Below the pieces are notes generated by a model. The model was not told the origin of the DNA and searched no databases. It worked only from the letters and a program-made list of their open reading frames with translations. 64,000 bases of DNA from an uncultured delta proteobacterium. Lineage in GTDB: Bacteria; Myxococcota_A; Polyangia; Polyangiales; Polyangiaceae. Positions 51,833-60,345 of this stretch are shown here, piece after piece; positions within the stretch are counted from its first letter, which is position 1, and every line of letters begins with the position of its first letter. The stretch lies in NCBI GenBank assembly GCA_963850305.1, contig CAWKKR010000007.1, positions 832,001 through 896,000 on the forward strand. Reading direction: 5' to 3'. A program made the translations under genes and the position numbers.

Positions 51833-52894
51833 TCAGAAGCCGAGTTCGCGAAAGCCCCACAGGTTCGGTTCAGGCGCCAGGGTCACGCCGAAACGGTCTC
51901 GCACCCGGTCGCGGATCTCCAGCGCGAACGCGACGAGCGCGCCGGTGTTCGCGCCGTCGTGACAGACGAGCGCGAGCGCGTGTCGCGTCGAGATCCCGAC
52001 CGCGCCGCGGCGCTGGCCCCTCGAGAACCCCGCTCGTTCGATGAGCCATGCCGCGGAAAGCTTCACCTGGCCATCGGGTTGCGGAAAGCGCGGCATCGCG
52101 TCCGTTGCTACACGCCGCTCGATGCGCGGGAGTTCCTCGGAAGCCACGATCGGGTTCATGAAGAACGAGCCGCAGCTTCTCCGGTTCTCGTCCTCCGGAT
52201 CGAGGATCATCGACTTTTCGCGCCGGATGCCGAGCACCTCGCGGCGGACGTCATCGAGCGTCGGCGTCGCGATCTTTCGCTCTTTCAGACGCGCGTGGAG
52301 CTCCGGGTAGCGCACCGCAGCCGGCGCCGATTTGTCCAGCCGGAACCCGACGTCGAGGACGACGTAGCGATCGGGCGCGATGCTCTTGAAGAGGCTGTCG
52401 CGGTAGGAAAACCCGCACTCCTCGGCCGTCAACGTGACGATGGCCCGCGAGATCCGGTCGTAAGCGCGGACGCGCGCGATGGTCTCCGAGACGTCCTGGC
52501 CGTAGGCGCCCACGTTCTGGATGGGCGCGGCGCCGACGAGGCCCGGAATGCCGCTCAGGCACTCGAGGCCGGCCCATCCTCGGCCGACGGCGTACGCAAC
52601 GACGTCGTCCCACGGCTCGCCCGCGGCGACCGTGAGCTCGACCCGTGTGTCGTTGTCCTCGCGCACCTTGCGTCCCCGGAGCCCGACGCGAAGGACGAGT
52701 GCGTCGAGCCCCTCGTCGGCGATCACGACGTTGCTGCCCCCGCCGAGCACGCGCACCGTGATGCCGCCCCGGTCCGCCCAGTCGAGCGCGTCCACGAGCG
52801 TCTTCTCGTCCTGGGCGCGCACGAAAAACCGCGCCGAGCCGCCGATTCCGAGTGTGCACCGCGCCGCGAGCGGGACGTAGTGCTCGACGTTCAC
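51833..52894 (-). CDS. murB: UDP-N-acetylenolpyruvoylglucosamine reductase
   Basis: LGGGSN, GIPGLVGAAPIQNVGAYG, FSYRDSLFK, GSFFMNP and LAPEP. Confidence 0.96.
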   Translation of the reverse strand: MNVEHYVPLAARCTLGIGGSARFFVRAQDEKTLVDALDWADRGGITVRVLGGGSNVVIADEGLDALVLRVGLRGRKVREDNDTRVELTVAAGEPWDDVVAYAVGRGWAGLECLSGIPGLVGAAPIQNVGAYGQDVSETIARVRAYDRISRAIVTLTAEECGFSYRDSLFKSIAPDRYVVLDVGFRLDKSAPAAVRYPELHARLKERKIATPTLDDVRREVLGIRREKSMILDPEDENRRSCGSFFMNPIVASEELPRIERRVATDAMPRFPQPDGQVKLSAAWLIERAGFSRGQRRGAVGISTRHALALVCHDGANTGALVAFALEIRDRVRDRFGVTLAPEPNLWGFRELGF

Positions 52895-53151
52895 TGATTC
52901 ACTCGGCTGAGCACCGTGGGTCTGCGTCCTCTATGAAGGCGATGGGGAGCGGCGAGCAGTCCGTGTCGGCCTGCACGCGACGGCGATCATAGACGAATTT
53001 TACTCTCTCTTTGGTCCGCAGAACCCCTCGCGAGGGACTTTTCCGCGACGCACGGCTCGTTCCGCGGATAAATCCCGAGGCTTCTGGAGGAGGGTCAGCA
53101 GGAAGATCGTCGCGGGAGCGGCCCCGACCACAGCCACGCTCACCCTCGCTC

Positions 53152-53400
53152 GACTCGACCGATCCCGAGCTCGTCCAAGCTCGATCCGGCTCGCGTCGAG
53201 CGATCCCGAGCTCAATCGAGCGCTCGGCCGCCCAGGTGAGCCGTCGCAACGCTCAATCGAGCGTCGCACGACGCGATTCGAGCCGCGCCGAGCTCAATCG
53301 AGCGATCCATTACCTCGATTCGAGCCGCGCTGAGCTCACCGAAGCACGGTCTCGCCTCGGTTCGAGCCGGCGGGGGCACAGACGAGCTTTTTTTCGCTCG
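53152..53400. repeat. Degenerate intergenic tandem repeat, six units of 41-42 bp
   Basis: Units start at 53152, 53193, 53234, 53275, 53317 and 53359; core approximately GATTCGAGCCGCGCCGAGCTCAATCGAGCG. Confidence 0.8.
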
Positions 53401-53630
53401 CGACGAGCTGCGCGATGCAGGCGTGAGCCATTGGACGCGCTAGACGAGCAAACCGAGCACACGCATGCGCTGCTCTGCCGCGCGAAGGAGCAAAGTCTGC
53501 GAATTCGTGAGCAGCCCTGATTCCGCACCCCGAACCCGACTCCTTCCCGGCCCCCCCTGCTGCGTCCGCTACCGCAACCGGCCCAACTACCAATCAAGGC
53601 TGGGCTCCCGGCTGGCTCCCGGCACGGCTG

Positions 53631-53754
53631 TTGGAGCGCCGGAGGACCCCGTGCTAGGGTGCCCGCGGCCGGGTGCGCGCATGCCGGAGGTGGGAGCTCG
53701 AGTTGAGCTTTCCCCGCATGCGGCCCAGCCGAGGGACGGAAAAAGGCCGTCCTC
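53631..53754 (+). promoter_or_regulatory. Putative promoter plus structured 5' leader (two hairpins)
   Basis: TTGGAG (53631), an 18-nt spacer and TGn-TAGGGT (53652-53660); long irregular stem 53666-53731; hairpin GAGGGACGG/CCGTCCTC 53731-53754. Confidence 0.5.
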
Positions 53755-53779
53755 ACAAGCAAAAACAGATGAAAAGGTT

Positions 53780-55396
53780 ATGACGTTTACCGAAGCTGCG
53801 GCGCAGGTTCTGCGCCTCGTGGGAAAGCCACTTCACTACAAAGAAATCACTGACGTCGCGATCGAGAAGGACCTCCTCAGTCACGTGGGCAAGAGCCCCG
53901 AGGTGACGATGGGGGCGCGCCTGGCCGCGCTCGTCAAGAAGGGTGACAAGGAGAATCCTCTGGTTCGAGTCAAGCCGGGCGTGTTCGCGCTCCGGGAGTG
54001 GGACTCGAACATGATCGAGCGAGGTCTGTCGGATCGAACGCCGGCGCTGAAGATGCTCGAAGGACACGAGGGCAACGGCGAAGCCACAGGAGACGGCGAG
54101 GCAGAGCCCGAGCTCGACAGGAAGTCGCATCCGAGCGCCACCTCGTACGATCTGGAGGACGAGGAGCCGCTCCCCTTGGACGCGGAAGAACGCGAGCGCG
54201 CCGAGCGCGCCGCAAACGCGAGCGAGATCTTCGCGCCAGAGGAGGACGATGACGAGCCAATCCTCGGAGGCGATGACGAGGCCGAGACCGGGCGCCCGCC
54301 GGCCGCAGGGGGCGGAAGCTCGGCCGACGACGGACAGCAAGGGCGTCGGCGCCGTCGCCGGAGGCGAAGGAACGGTCGCGGCCCCACGGGTTCGGACGAT
54401 CTGCCGAGCTACACGGTCTCCGATGCCGTCGTGGACGTCGCGCAAGACGGGGACGATGTGCAAGATCGGCCCACCCCCGCACCGCGTGAACCTCGGGAGC
54501 CAAGGGAGGCGCGCGAGCCACGACAGGGACGCGAGCCGCGCGAACCTCGCGACAGTGCGCGCGACGTCGGGCGCGACGACGACGGCCCCGCCCTCGGCGA
54601 TCTCGACGGCCTCGGGCTCGCAGACGCTGCGGTCGAGCTTCTCGGGCAATTCGAGCGACAGGGCGCAGTCCCGCTCCGGCAGGTCATCGACGCCGCGCGA
54701 CGGCGCGGCCGCCTCACCGGTGACCCAGTCCAGGCTCAGAGCGCCCTCTCGGCGGCCCTCCGCGCTGACAATGCCCGGCGAGAATCCGCGGGGCAGCGCC
54801 CGCGGTTTCGCTTTTCGTCGGGGCGAGTCGGTCTGACGGACTGGCTCCTCGACGGCGATCTCCGGAGGCTCGAGCACGAAGTCACGCTGGCCGTCGAGCG
54901 GTATCGGGACGCAGCGCGTCGCTCGCTCCTCCGCCGCATTCAAGGCGTGCCCCCGAGGGCGATTGGCGAGCTTGCCATGATCCTTCTCGAGCGGATGGGG
55001 CTGGAAGAGTTGCAGCCCGTTCGCCGTCCGGGCGCGGCGGGTGCCGAGCTGCTCCTCACTGGTAAAGCGCCGGGCCCAGTGTCGCCGATCGCGACCGCGA
55101 TCGTCGTTCGCCGGGACGGCCGCGACGTCGGGCGCGAGCAAGTGACCGAGCTGCGCGGCAGTCTTCACCATTTCGGACCCGCGTTTGCTGGCTGGATCGT
55201 GACGGCCGGGCAGGTACTGAGCGGCGCCCGCGAAGAAGCCGCGGCGCCCGCTGCGGCTCCGGTGAAATTGGTGGATGGCGCGGCGCTCGCCCGCCTCTGC
55301 GAAGAGCACGGTATCGCCGTCACCCGGACGGTGATCTCGATACCATTGCCGGATGCGGAGCTGTTCGAAGCCTTCCGTAACAGCAACGGCGGGTGA
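53780..55396 (+). CDS. HARE-HTH protein with acidic/basic linker, second wHTH and degenerate Mrr-like domain
   Basis: MTFTEAAAQVLRLVGKPLHYKEIT...KSPEVTMGARL...PGVFALREW; second LADAAVELL...GLTDW; C-terminal VGREQVTELRGSL..GWIVT..VKLVDGAALARL. Confidence 0.8.
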   Translation: MTFTEAAAQVLRLVGKPLHYKEITDVAIEKDLLSHVGKSPEVTMGARLAALVKKGDKENPLVRVKPGVFALREWDSNMIERGLSDRTPALKMLEGHEGNGEATGDGEAEPELDRKSHPSATSYDLEDEEPLPLDAEERERAERAANASEIFAPEEDDDEPILGGDDEAETGRPPAAGGGSSADDGQQGRRRRRRRRRNGRGPTGSDDLPSYTVSDAVVDVAQDGDDVQDRPTPAPREPREPREAREPRQGREPREPRDSARDVGRDDDGPALGDLDGLGLADAAVELLGQFERQGAVPLRQVIDAARRRGRLTGDPVQAQSALSAALRADNARRESAGQRPRFRFSSGRVGLTDWLLDGDLRRLEHEVTLAVERYRDAARRSLLRRIQGVPPRAIGELAMILLERMGLEELQPVRRPGAAGAELLLTGKAPGPVSPIATAIVVRRDGRDVGREQVTELRGSLHHFGPAFAGWIVTAGQVLSGAREEAAAPAAAPVKLVDGAALARLCEEHGIAVTRTVISIPLPDAELFEAFRNSNGG

Positions 55397-55436
55397 CGTG
55401 GCGCGCGCGCCGGCCGCGAGGGCCCGCTTCGGATCC

Positions 55437-56306
55437 GTGAAGCTCGCTCACGGGGTCGGGGCGGCGCTCGCGATTGCCTGCGCGCGCGCGGCACCGCCAT
55501 CCCAGTTTCCCACGGCGGACGCGGCCATCGCGCGGATGCGCCAGACGTACACGTGCAGTCGCGGGGTTCGCGGCGAGTCGAAGGTCGATTACTTCGGCGA
55601 GCAGGGGCGCGTCCGGGTGAACGCGCTCTTCCTCGCGTCGCGTCCCGAGCGTCTGCGCATCGACGTGTTCAGCCCCTTCGGCGTCACCCTGTCCACCCTC
55701 ACCGCCGACGGGCATGACTTCGCGCTGCTGGATCTGCACGATAAGCGGTTCTTCCGCGGCCCAGCGACGGAGTGCAACGTCCAGCGCTTCCTGCGGGTGC
55801 CCGTGCCGCCGTTCGCGCTGGTCTCGCTGCTCAACGGAGAAGCGCCCGTGCTCGTTCATCAACCCGGCGATGCGCAGCTCGCCTGGAGCTCCGGCGCCTA
55901 CACGATCCGGATCCGCAGCCTCCACGATGCGACCGAAGAGATCCGCCTGGAGCCGGCGCCGAGCGACTGGAATCGTCCGTGGTCGGAGCAGCGCCTGCGG
56001 GTGCGGGAAGTGCGCGTCGATCAGAGAGGCATCGAGCTCTATCGCGCAGAGCTCGACGATTTCTCCGTCGCGCACACCGCTCGGCCCCGCGTCGACCCCG
56101 ACGGCATCGATCCTGACATTCCGCCGAGTGGCCCTCCCTGCGACGCCGAGGTCGCCGATCGGATTCACATACAATCCGACGCCTCGGCGCAGGACGTCGT
56201 CCTCGTTCATCACGACGTCGTTCACAACCCGCCGCTGTTCCCCGGTCTCTTCCGTCAGAGCGCCCCCCCAGGCACCCGCGTCCGCGAATCCGACTGCGAA
56301 AACTGA
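55437..56306 (+). CDS. LolA/LolB-fold-like lipoprotein (DUF4292-like)
   Basis: Lipobox AIAC; RPERLRIDVFSPFG.TLSTL motif. Start uncertain. Confidence 0.55.
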   Translation: MKLAHGVGAALAIACARAAPPSQFPTADAAIARMRQTYTCSRGVRGESKVDYFGEQGRVRVNALFLASRPERLRIDVFSPFGVTLSTLTADGHDFALLDLHDKRFFRGPATECNVQRFLRVPVPPFALVSLLNGEAPVLVHQPGDAQLAWSSGAYTIRIRSLHDATEEIRLEPAPSDWNRPWSEQRLRVREVRVDQRGIELYRAELDDFSVAHTARPRVDPDGIDPDIPPSGPPCDAEVADRIHIQSDASAQDVVLVHHDVVHNPPLFPGLFRQSAPPGTRVRESDCEN

Positions 56307-56393
56307 CGTTGCTCGGTTCGCAGCCCGGCATCGCCGAGGCGGCGTGCGATGACGCGCGGCCACCGCCCCTGGCTTCCGGCCGCAGGAAACGAC

Positions 56394-56801
56394 TTACAAA
56401 TTCTGGCCGCACGGACCGGGGAGCACGAGACCAGTTCCGTTGTGGTTCGTGCTCGGGCCGCACTGAAGCCCGCTGCTGATCGACGAGCTACAGCCTGCGG
56501 TGAACTCTGCGGCGTGCTGTCCGTCGCAAGCCGTCAGTCCGACGAAGCGCTCACAGCCCTGCTCGTTGCCCGCGCCGCTCTGGTCGTTGATCGTGAAGTC
56601 AGAGGCGCTCGGTCCGGCCTCCTCGTCGCCGCCGATGATGAACACGACCCCGGCGTCGGCACCAGCGGAGCACGCCACTGCCTTCTGGCAAATCTGGCTG
56701 GCGATGTTGCTGCACTGGTCAGTCGATCCGCCGTTCGATCCGTTGCCCGAACCGCACGCGGCGGTGAAGACGAGCGCGGCGAACGCGAGGAGGCTGCGCA
56801 T
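56394..56801 (-). CDS. Small Cys-rich lipoprotein
   Basis: Signal MRSLLAFAALVFTAAC followed by eight further cysteines. Confidence 0.7.
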   Translation of the reverse strand: MRSLLAFAALVFTAACGSGNGSNGGSTDQCSNIASQICQKAVACSAGADAGVVFIIGGDEEAGPSASDFTINDQSGAGNEQGCERFVGLTACDGQHAAEFTAGCSSSISSGLQCGPSTNHNGTGLVLPGPCGQNL

Positions 56802-56870
56802 CCCCGGACTCTACACGATCGTCGGGGGGAGAGGCGTGGAGGCGGCGCGGGAAGCGCCCCCGGGCGCTGC

Positions 56871-57635
56871 TTACCCGAGCGCGCGAAGGATCGCGCGGGG
56901 TTCGTCGCTGATGAGCGTGTCCACGCGGAGCTCGTTCAAGCGGCGTGCGTCGGCGGGATCGTTCACGGTCCAGACGTTGACCGGGAGTCCCGCTCGTTGC
57001 CAGGCGGCGACCGAGCTGGCCGTGACCATCGTCGTCTGGGGGTGAAGGGCGGTCGCGCCGACCAGACGATGGAGGAATGAACGCGACGGCATCGGGTGCC
57101 GGGCCTCCACGAGCCACCCCACTGGCATCCACGGAAGGAGGCGCGCGGCGGCCGCCACGAGGAGCGGGTCGAAGGAGGAGAGGATGAGTCTCTCGGCGGC
57201 GTGGGGCTCTCCGGCGATGAGCCGCGCCACCCGCCACGCGAGCAGCGACCGCCGCGGGACGTCGCTCTTGAGCTCGACGTTCACTCGCGCATCCCGTTGC
57301 CGCGCCCATCGCAGGACCTCCTCGAGCCGCGGCACCCGCTCCTTGTTTCCGAGATCCACGCCTGCGAGCTCGGCTCGCGTGAGCTCCGCGATGCAACGCG
57401 AATCCTTCCCCGAAGTGACCCGCGCGAGATCCGGGTCATGAATGACCACGACGTCGCCGTCGAGATCGAGTCGCACGTCGAGCTCGACGCCGTCCGCGCC
57501 TTCTTCGAGCGCGAGCTCGAAGGCCGCGAGCGTATTCTCGGGCGCCCTCCGCCGGGCGCCGCGATGCCCGAGAACCCACGGCCGCTCGGCGTCGCGCACC
57601 CAGCGACGAACGCGACGCGGCGCGCGCGGGCTCAC
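56871..57635 (-). CDS. Glycerophosphodiester phosphodiesterase
   Basis: GHRGA..PENTLAAF, ELDV, IHD, NVELK and VWTVN. Confidence 0.93.
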   Translation of the reverse strand: MSPRAPRRVRRWVRDAERPWVLGHRGARRRAPENTLAAFELALEEGADGVELDVRLDLDGDVVVIHDPDLARVTSGKDSRCIAELTRAELAGVDLGNKERVPRLEEVLRWARQRDARVNVELKSDVPRRSLLAWRVARLIAGEPHAAERLILSSFDPLLVAAAARLLPWMPVGWLVEARHPMPSRSFLHRLVGATALHPQTTMVTASSVAAWQRAGLPVNVWTVNDPADARRLNELRVDTLISDEPRAILRALG

Positions 57636-58591
57636 CCGGCGAGTTCCTTCGCAATGTCGTCTGCCACGGCTCGAGCCTGGTGGAGTTCGGCCTTGCCAAA
57701 CTGCACGGCGCCCACGAACGGATGTCCGCCGCCGCCGTAGCGCGCGCAGATGGCGCTGATGTCCCGATCGCAGGGCTGGCCGGACCAGGGATTATAGCCG
57801 ACGGAGATCTTGGCCGCGTTGTTCATCACCCCGACGATCACGGAGTAGACCGCGGTCGGGTAGAGCGCGTACGTGACGAACTTGCCGATGGTCTCGAGAG
57901 GTTCGTCCGTGAGATCCACGAGCACGACGCGTCCTACTTGATTCGCATGCTCTCTCACGCGCGCGACGAATCGCTGGTGCTTGGCCTCGATCTTCCGGTA
58001 ACGCTCGGTGACGCGCTTCGATGTCGCGACGTCACTGACCGGGCGCAGCATGAGCTCGGGCACGAGCTCGGAGAGCAGCTTGTCGTCCCCGTGTCGCTCG
58101 ATGACGGCAGCGAGGCGCATCACTGGATTCGTTCGATCGAGGGCCTCCTCCGGCGTCTTGAACGACGCGGAATCGATGACGTCGGCCCAGTGGATCAATT
58201 CATTCAGCCCACCGAGGTCCGTCGCGAAGCGGTCGCGCGCGGTGCTGGCGATGAGCTTCGTGCACGACGTGCAGGCGGCGTCGTAGAAGAATTTGCCCCC
58301 GCCGGCACGGGCGTCGAAGAAGGCGCGATCCGCGGCGTCCGCGAAGGCCGTACGATGGTGGTCGAAGTACCAGGTCAGCTTGTCGGTCGCGGAGAATCGG
58401 TAGTCCAGGATCGCGTTCTGGTCGCCCGCGAGCAGGGCATCCGTCGGCACGAGCTGCCCCGCGCCGTAGCCGCACCCCCGGTACGAAAATGTAGTCGAAG
58501 GCCCTTCGAGCGACGTCAAGAGCCGCGTGAAGACGACGGCGCTGGCGAGTCCGTCGAAGCAGTGCCCGTGCGTGGCGACGACGACGCGCAT
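57632..58591 (-). CDS. DHH/DHHA1-family phosphoesterase
   Basis: THGHCFDG, ILDY, FDHH and GGGGHP. Confidence 0.8.
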   Translation of the reverse strand: MRVVVATHGHCFDGLASAVVFTRLLTSLEGPSTTFSYRGCGYGAGQLVPTDALLAGDQNAILDYRFSATDKLTWYFDHHRTAFADAADRAFFDARAGGGKFFYDAACTSCTKLIASTARDRFATDLGGLNELIHWADVIDSASFKTPEEALDRTNPVMRLAAVIERHGDDKLLSELVPELMLRPVSDVATSKRVTERYRKIEAKHQRFVARVREHANQVGRVVLVDLTDEPLETIGKFVTYALYPTAVYSVIVGVMNNAAKISVGYNPWSGQPCDRDISAICARYGGGGHPFVGAVQFGKAELHQARAVADDIAKELAG

Positions 58592-58670
58592 CACAAGGTG
58601 CTTACCACAACGAGGGACGCCACTCGCGTCGACGTGACGCCTGGGGTAAATCCCGCCCTCGACTCGCGCC

Positions 58671-59321
58671 ATGATGCCACGTACGATATTCGCTGCCCTC
58701 GTGTTGTTCGCCTCGGGGTGTCAACCCGGACCCGGGTCAGCCTCGCCGCAGGGGCAGGCGCGCGTCATCTTCACTCCGACGCCGGCGGCTGTGGCGGATG
58801 CGGCGCCGCCGAAGAAGAAGAGAAGATCGACGGCGCTCGGACAGGTGGCGCCGCTCGGGCCCATCGTCTCGGACCCGGATGCGCTCGAGGACATCGTGGC
58901 CGGCGCGATCGCCGGAGAGGAAGCGACGCTCGAGTCGCCGGACCTCGACGTCGAGCCGCTCGCGAGGCGAATCGAGGCTGCAGCGTCGTCGCTCGGCGGC
59001 TCGCTGGTCGCCGCAAGTCCCATGATGTCGGCTCGCCTGACGGCCGACGCTCACGCCGAAGGGACTTTCTCCATGGAGCCGAACATCTGTTACGTCGTCG
59101 TGGGGGCGAGCGGCGCGCGCACGACGGACTTTCAGCTCGGCGTGATGACCGCTCCTCCGATGCCGCCACAGGTTCTCGCGCAGAGCAAGCCCGGCGGAAC
59201 GAACCCGGTCGTCGGCGCGGGTTGCTTGCGGAGTCTCTATGCAGTCCCGCTATTGGTGAAGATCGATCTCTACCTGGTGAAGGGCGAGGGGATGGTCGCG
59301 GCTCGCGTTTACCGCAGATGA
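58671..59321 (+). CDS. Hypothetical lipoprotein
   Basis: Lipobox ASGC; C-terminal beta domain with a Cys pair ending ARVYRR. Confidence 0.65.
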   Translation: MMPRTIFAALVLFASGCQPGPGSASPQGQARVIFTPTPAAVADAAPPKKKRRSTALGQVAPLGPIVSDPDALEDIVAGAIAGEEATLESPDLDVEPLARRIEAAASSLGGSLVAASPMMSARLTADAHAEGTFSMEPNICYVVVGASGARTTDFQLGVMTAPPMPPQVLAQSKPGGTNPVVGAGCLRSLYAVPLLVKIDLYLVKGEGMVAARVYRR

Positions 59322-59339
59322 GATCTCACTCAACCGGCG

Positions 59340-60254
59340 TTGCAGGCTGCCCGACGGCACTCCGTGAACCCTCGCGAGCTCGCGGGAGCAGAGTTTCCGC
59401 CGCGGTTGCGAGATCTGCCGGACCCGCCGAGCGTGGTGTACGTCGTCGGGGAGCTGCCGCGGGGTCCTTCCGTGGCGATCGTCGGAACACGGGACCCGAC
59501 TCCGGAGGCCGCGCGCTTTGCGGAGTCGCTAGCGCGCGAGCTCGGTGAAGAAGGTGTCGCGATCGTCTCGGGCGGCGCAAAGGGGATCGACACCGCGGCG
59601 CACCGAGGCGCGCTTCACGCTGGCTCACCGACGGTCGTCGTCGCTCCGTCGAGCTTCGATCGCCCGTTCCCCGAAGAGAACGCGGCGCTCTTCGAGGAGA
59701 TCGTCACGCGCGGCGGCGCCTTCCTCACGACGTATCCGGAAGGGACCGCCGCCCACTATCATCGCTTCTTCGAACGCAACGCGGTGCTCGCCGCGCTCGC
59801 CCATGCGCTGGTCATCGTCGAGACGCGGTTTCGCGGCGGCGCCCGCAATGCCGCCAAGGCCGCACGTGCGCTCGGACGCCCGGTCCTCGCGGTGCCGGGC
59901 GCGCCGTGGAACCCGAGGGCATCCGGGTGTCTGCTCGAGCTCCGCAGTGGCGCCCGCCTGGTGACGTCGGTGGACGACGTGCTCATCGCCGCGGGTCTAC
60001 CGAGACGGCGCGACCGGGGCTCGGCGATGTCCCGGCAGGGCAGCCCCTGCTCTCCGGAAGTGGTTGGAACCGCGCCGGATCCGGAGCTTCGCGCTCTGCG
60101 GGCCGCGCTCCGGTCCGGCCCCTCGACGCCCGACCGCCTGTGCCTTTTGACCGGGCTCGCGGCGGCTCGGGTCCAAGCGTTGCTCTTGACTCTGACCCTC
60201 GAAAAGATCGTAGTCTCCGACCCGTCGGGGCGCGTTTCCCTCATAAATGATTGA
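59340..60254 (+). CDS. dprA: DNA-processing protein DprA
   Basis: VAIVGTR, IVSGGAKGIDTAAHRGAL, FFERN and a C-terminal wHTH; lies upstream of topA. The start may be the GTG at 59364. Confidence 0.93.
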   Translation: MQAARRHSVNPRELAGAEFPPRLRDLPDPPSVVYVVGELPRGPSVAIVGTRDPTPEAARFAESLARELGEEGVAIVSGGAKGIDTAAHRGALHAGSPTVVVAPSSFDRPFPEENAALFEEIVTRGGAFLTTYPEGTAAHYHRFFERNAVLAALAHALVIVETRFRGGARNAAKAARALGRPVLAVPGAPWNPRASGCLLELRSGARLVTSVDDVLIAAGLPRRRDRGSAMSRQGSPCSPEVVGTAPDPELRALRAALRSGPSTPDRLCLLTGLAAARVQALLLTLTLEKIVVSDPSGRVSLIND

Positions 60255-60345
60255 TTTGATTGATTTTTTGCCATCAAGGCCGTCGGAATGGGGTTGCGTA
60301 GCTCGTTTTGACGCCCCAACAGTGGGGTAAAGGTTCCGGTCACCA

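Noticed and set aside
53152..53400. CRISPR array interpretation of the 41-42 bp repeat
   Set aside because: The repeats are too degenerate, the variable parts are only about 11-12 bp, and there are no cas genes in the window.
53011..53520. 169-aa ORF spanning the repeat
   Set aside because: It has a TTG start, the repeat phase shifts between frames and no domain is recognisable, so I did not call it as a CDS.
53780..60254. Defence island around the Mrr-like, DHH and DprA genes
   Set aside because: dprA sits in its normal dprA-topA-trmFO context, and there is no methylase, toxin, integrase or obvious compositional shift.
60308..60335. TTGACG upstream of topA as a sigma70 promoter
   Set aside because: There is no acceptable -10 hexamer at 16-18 nt spacing.
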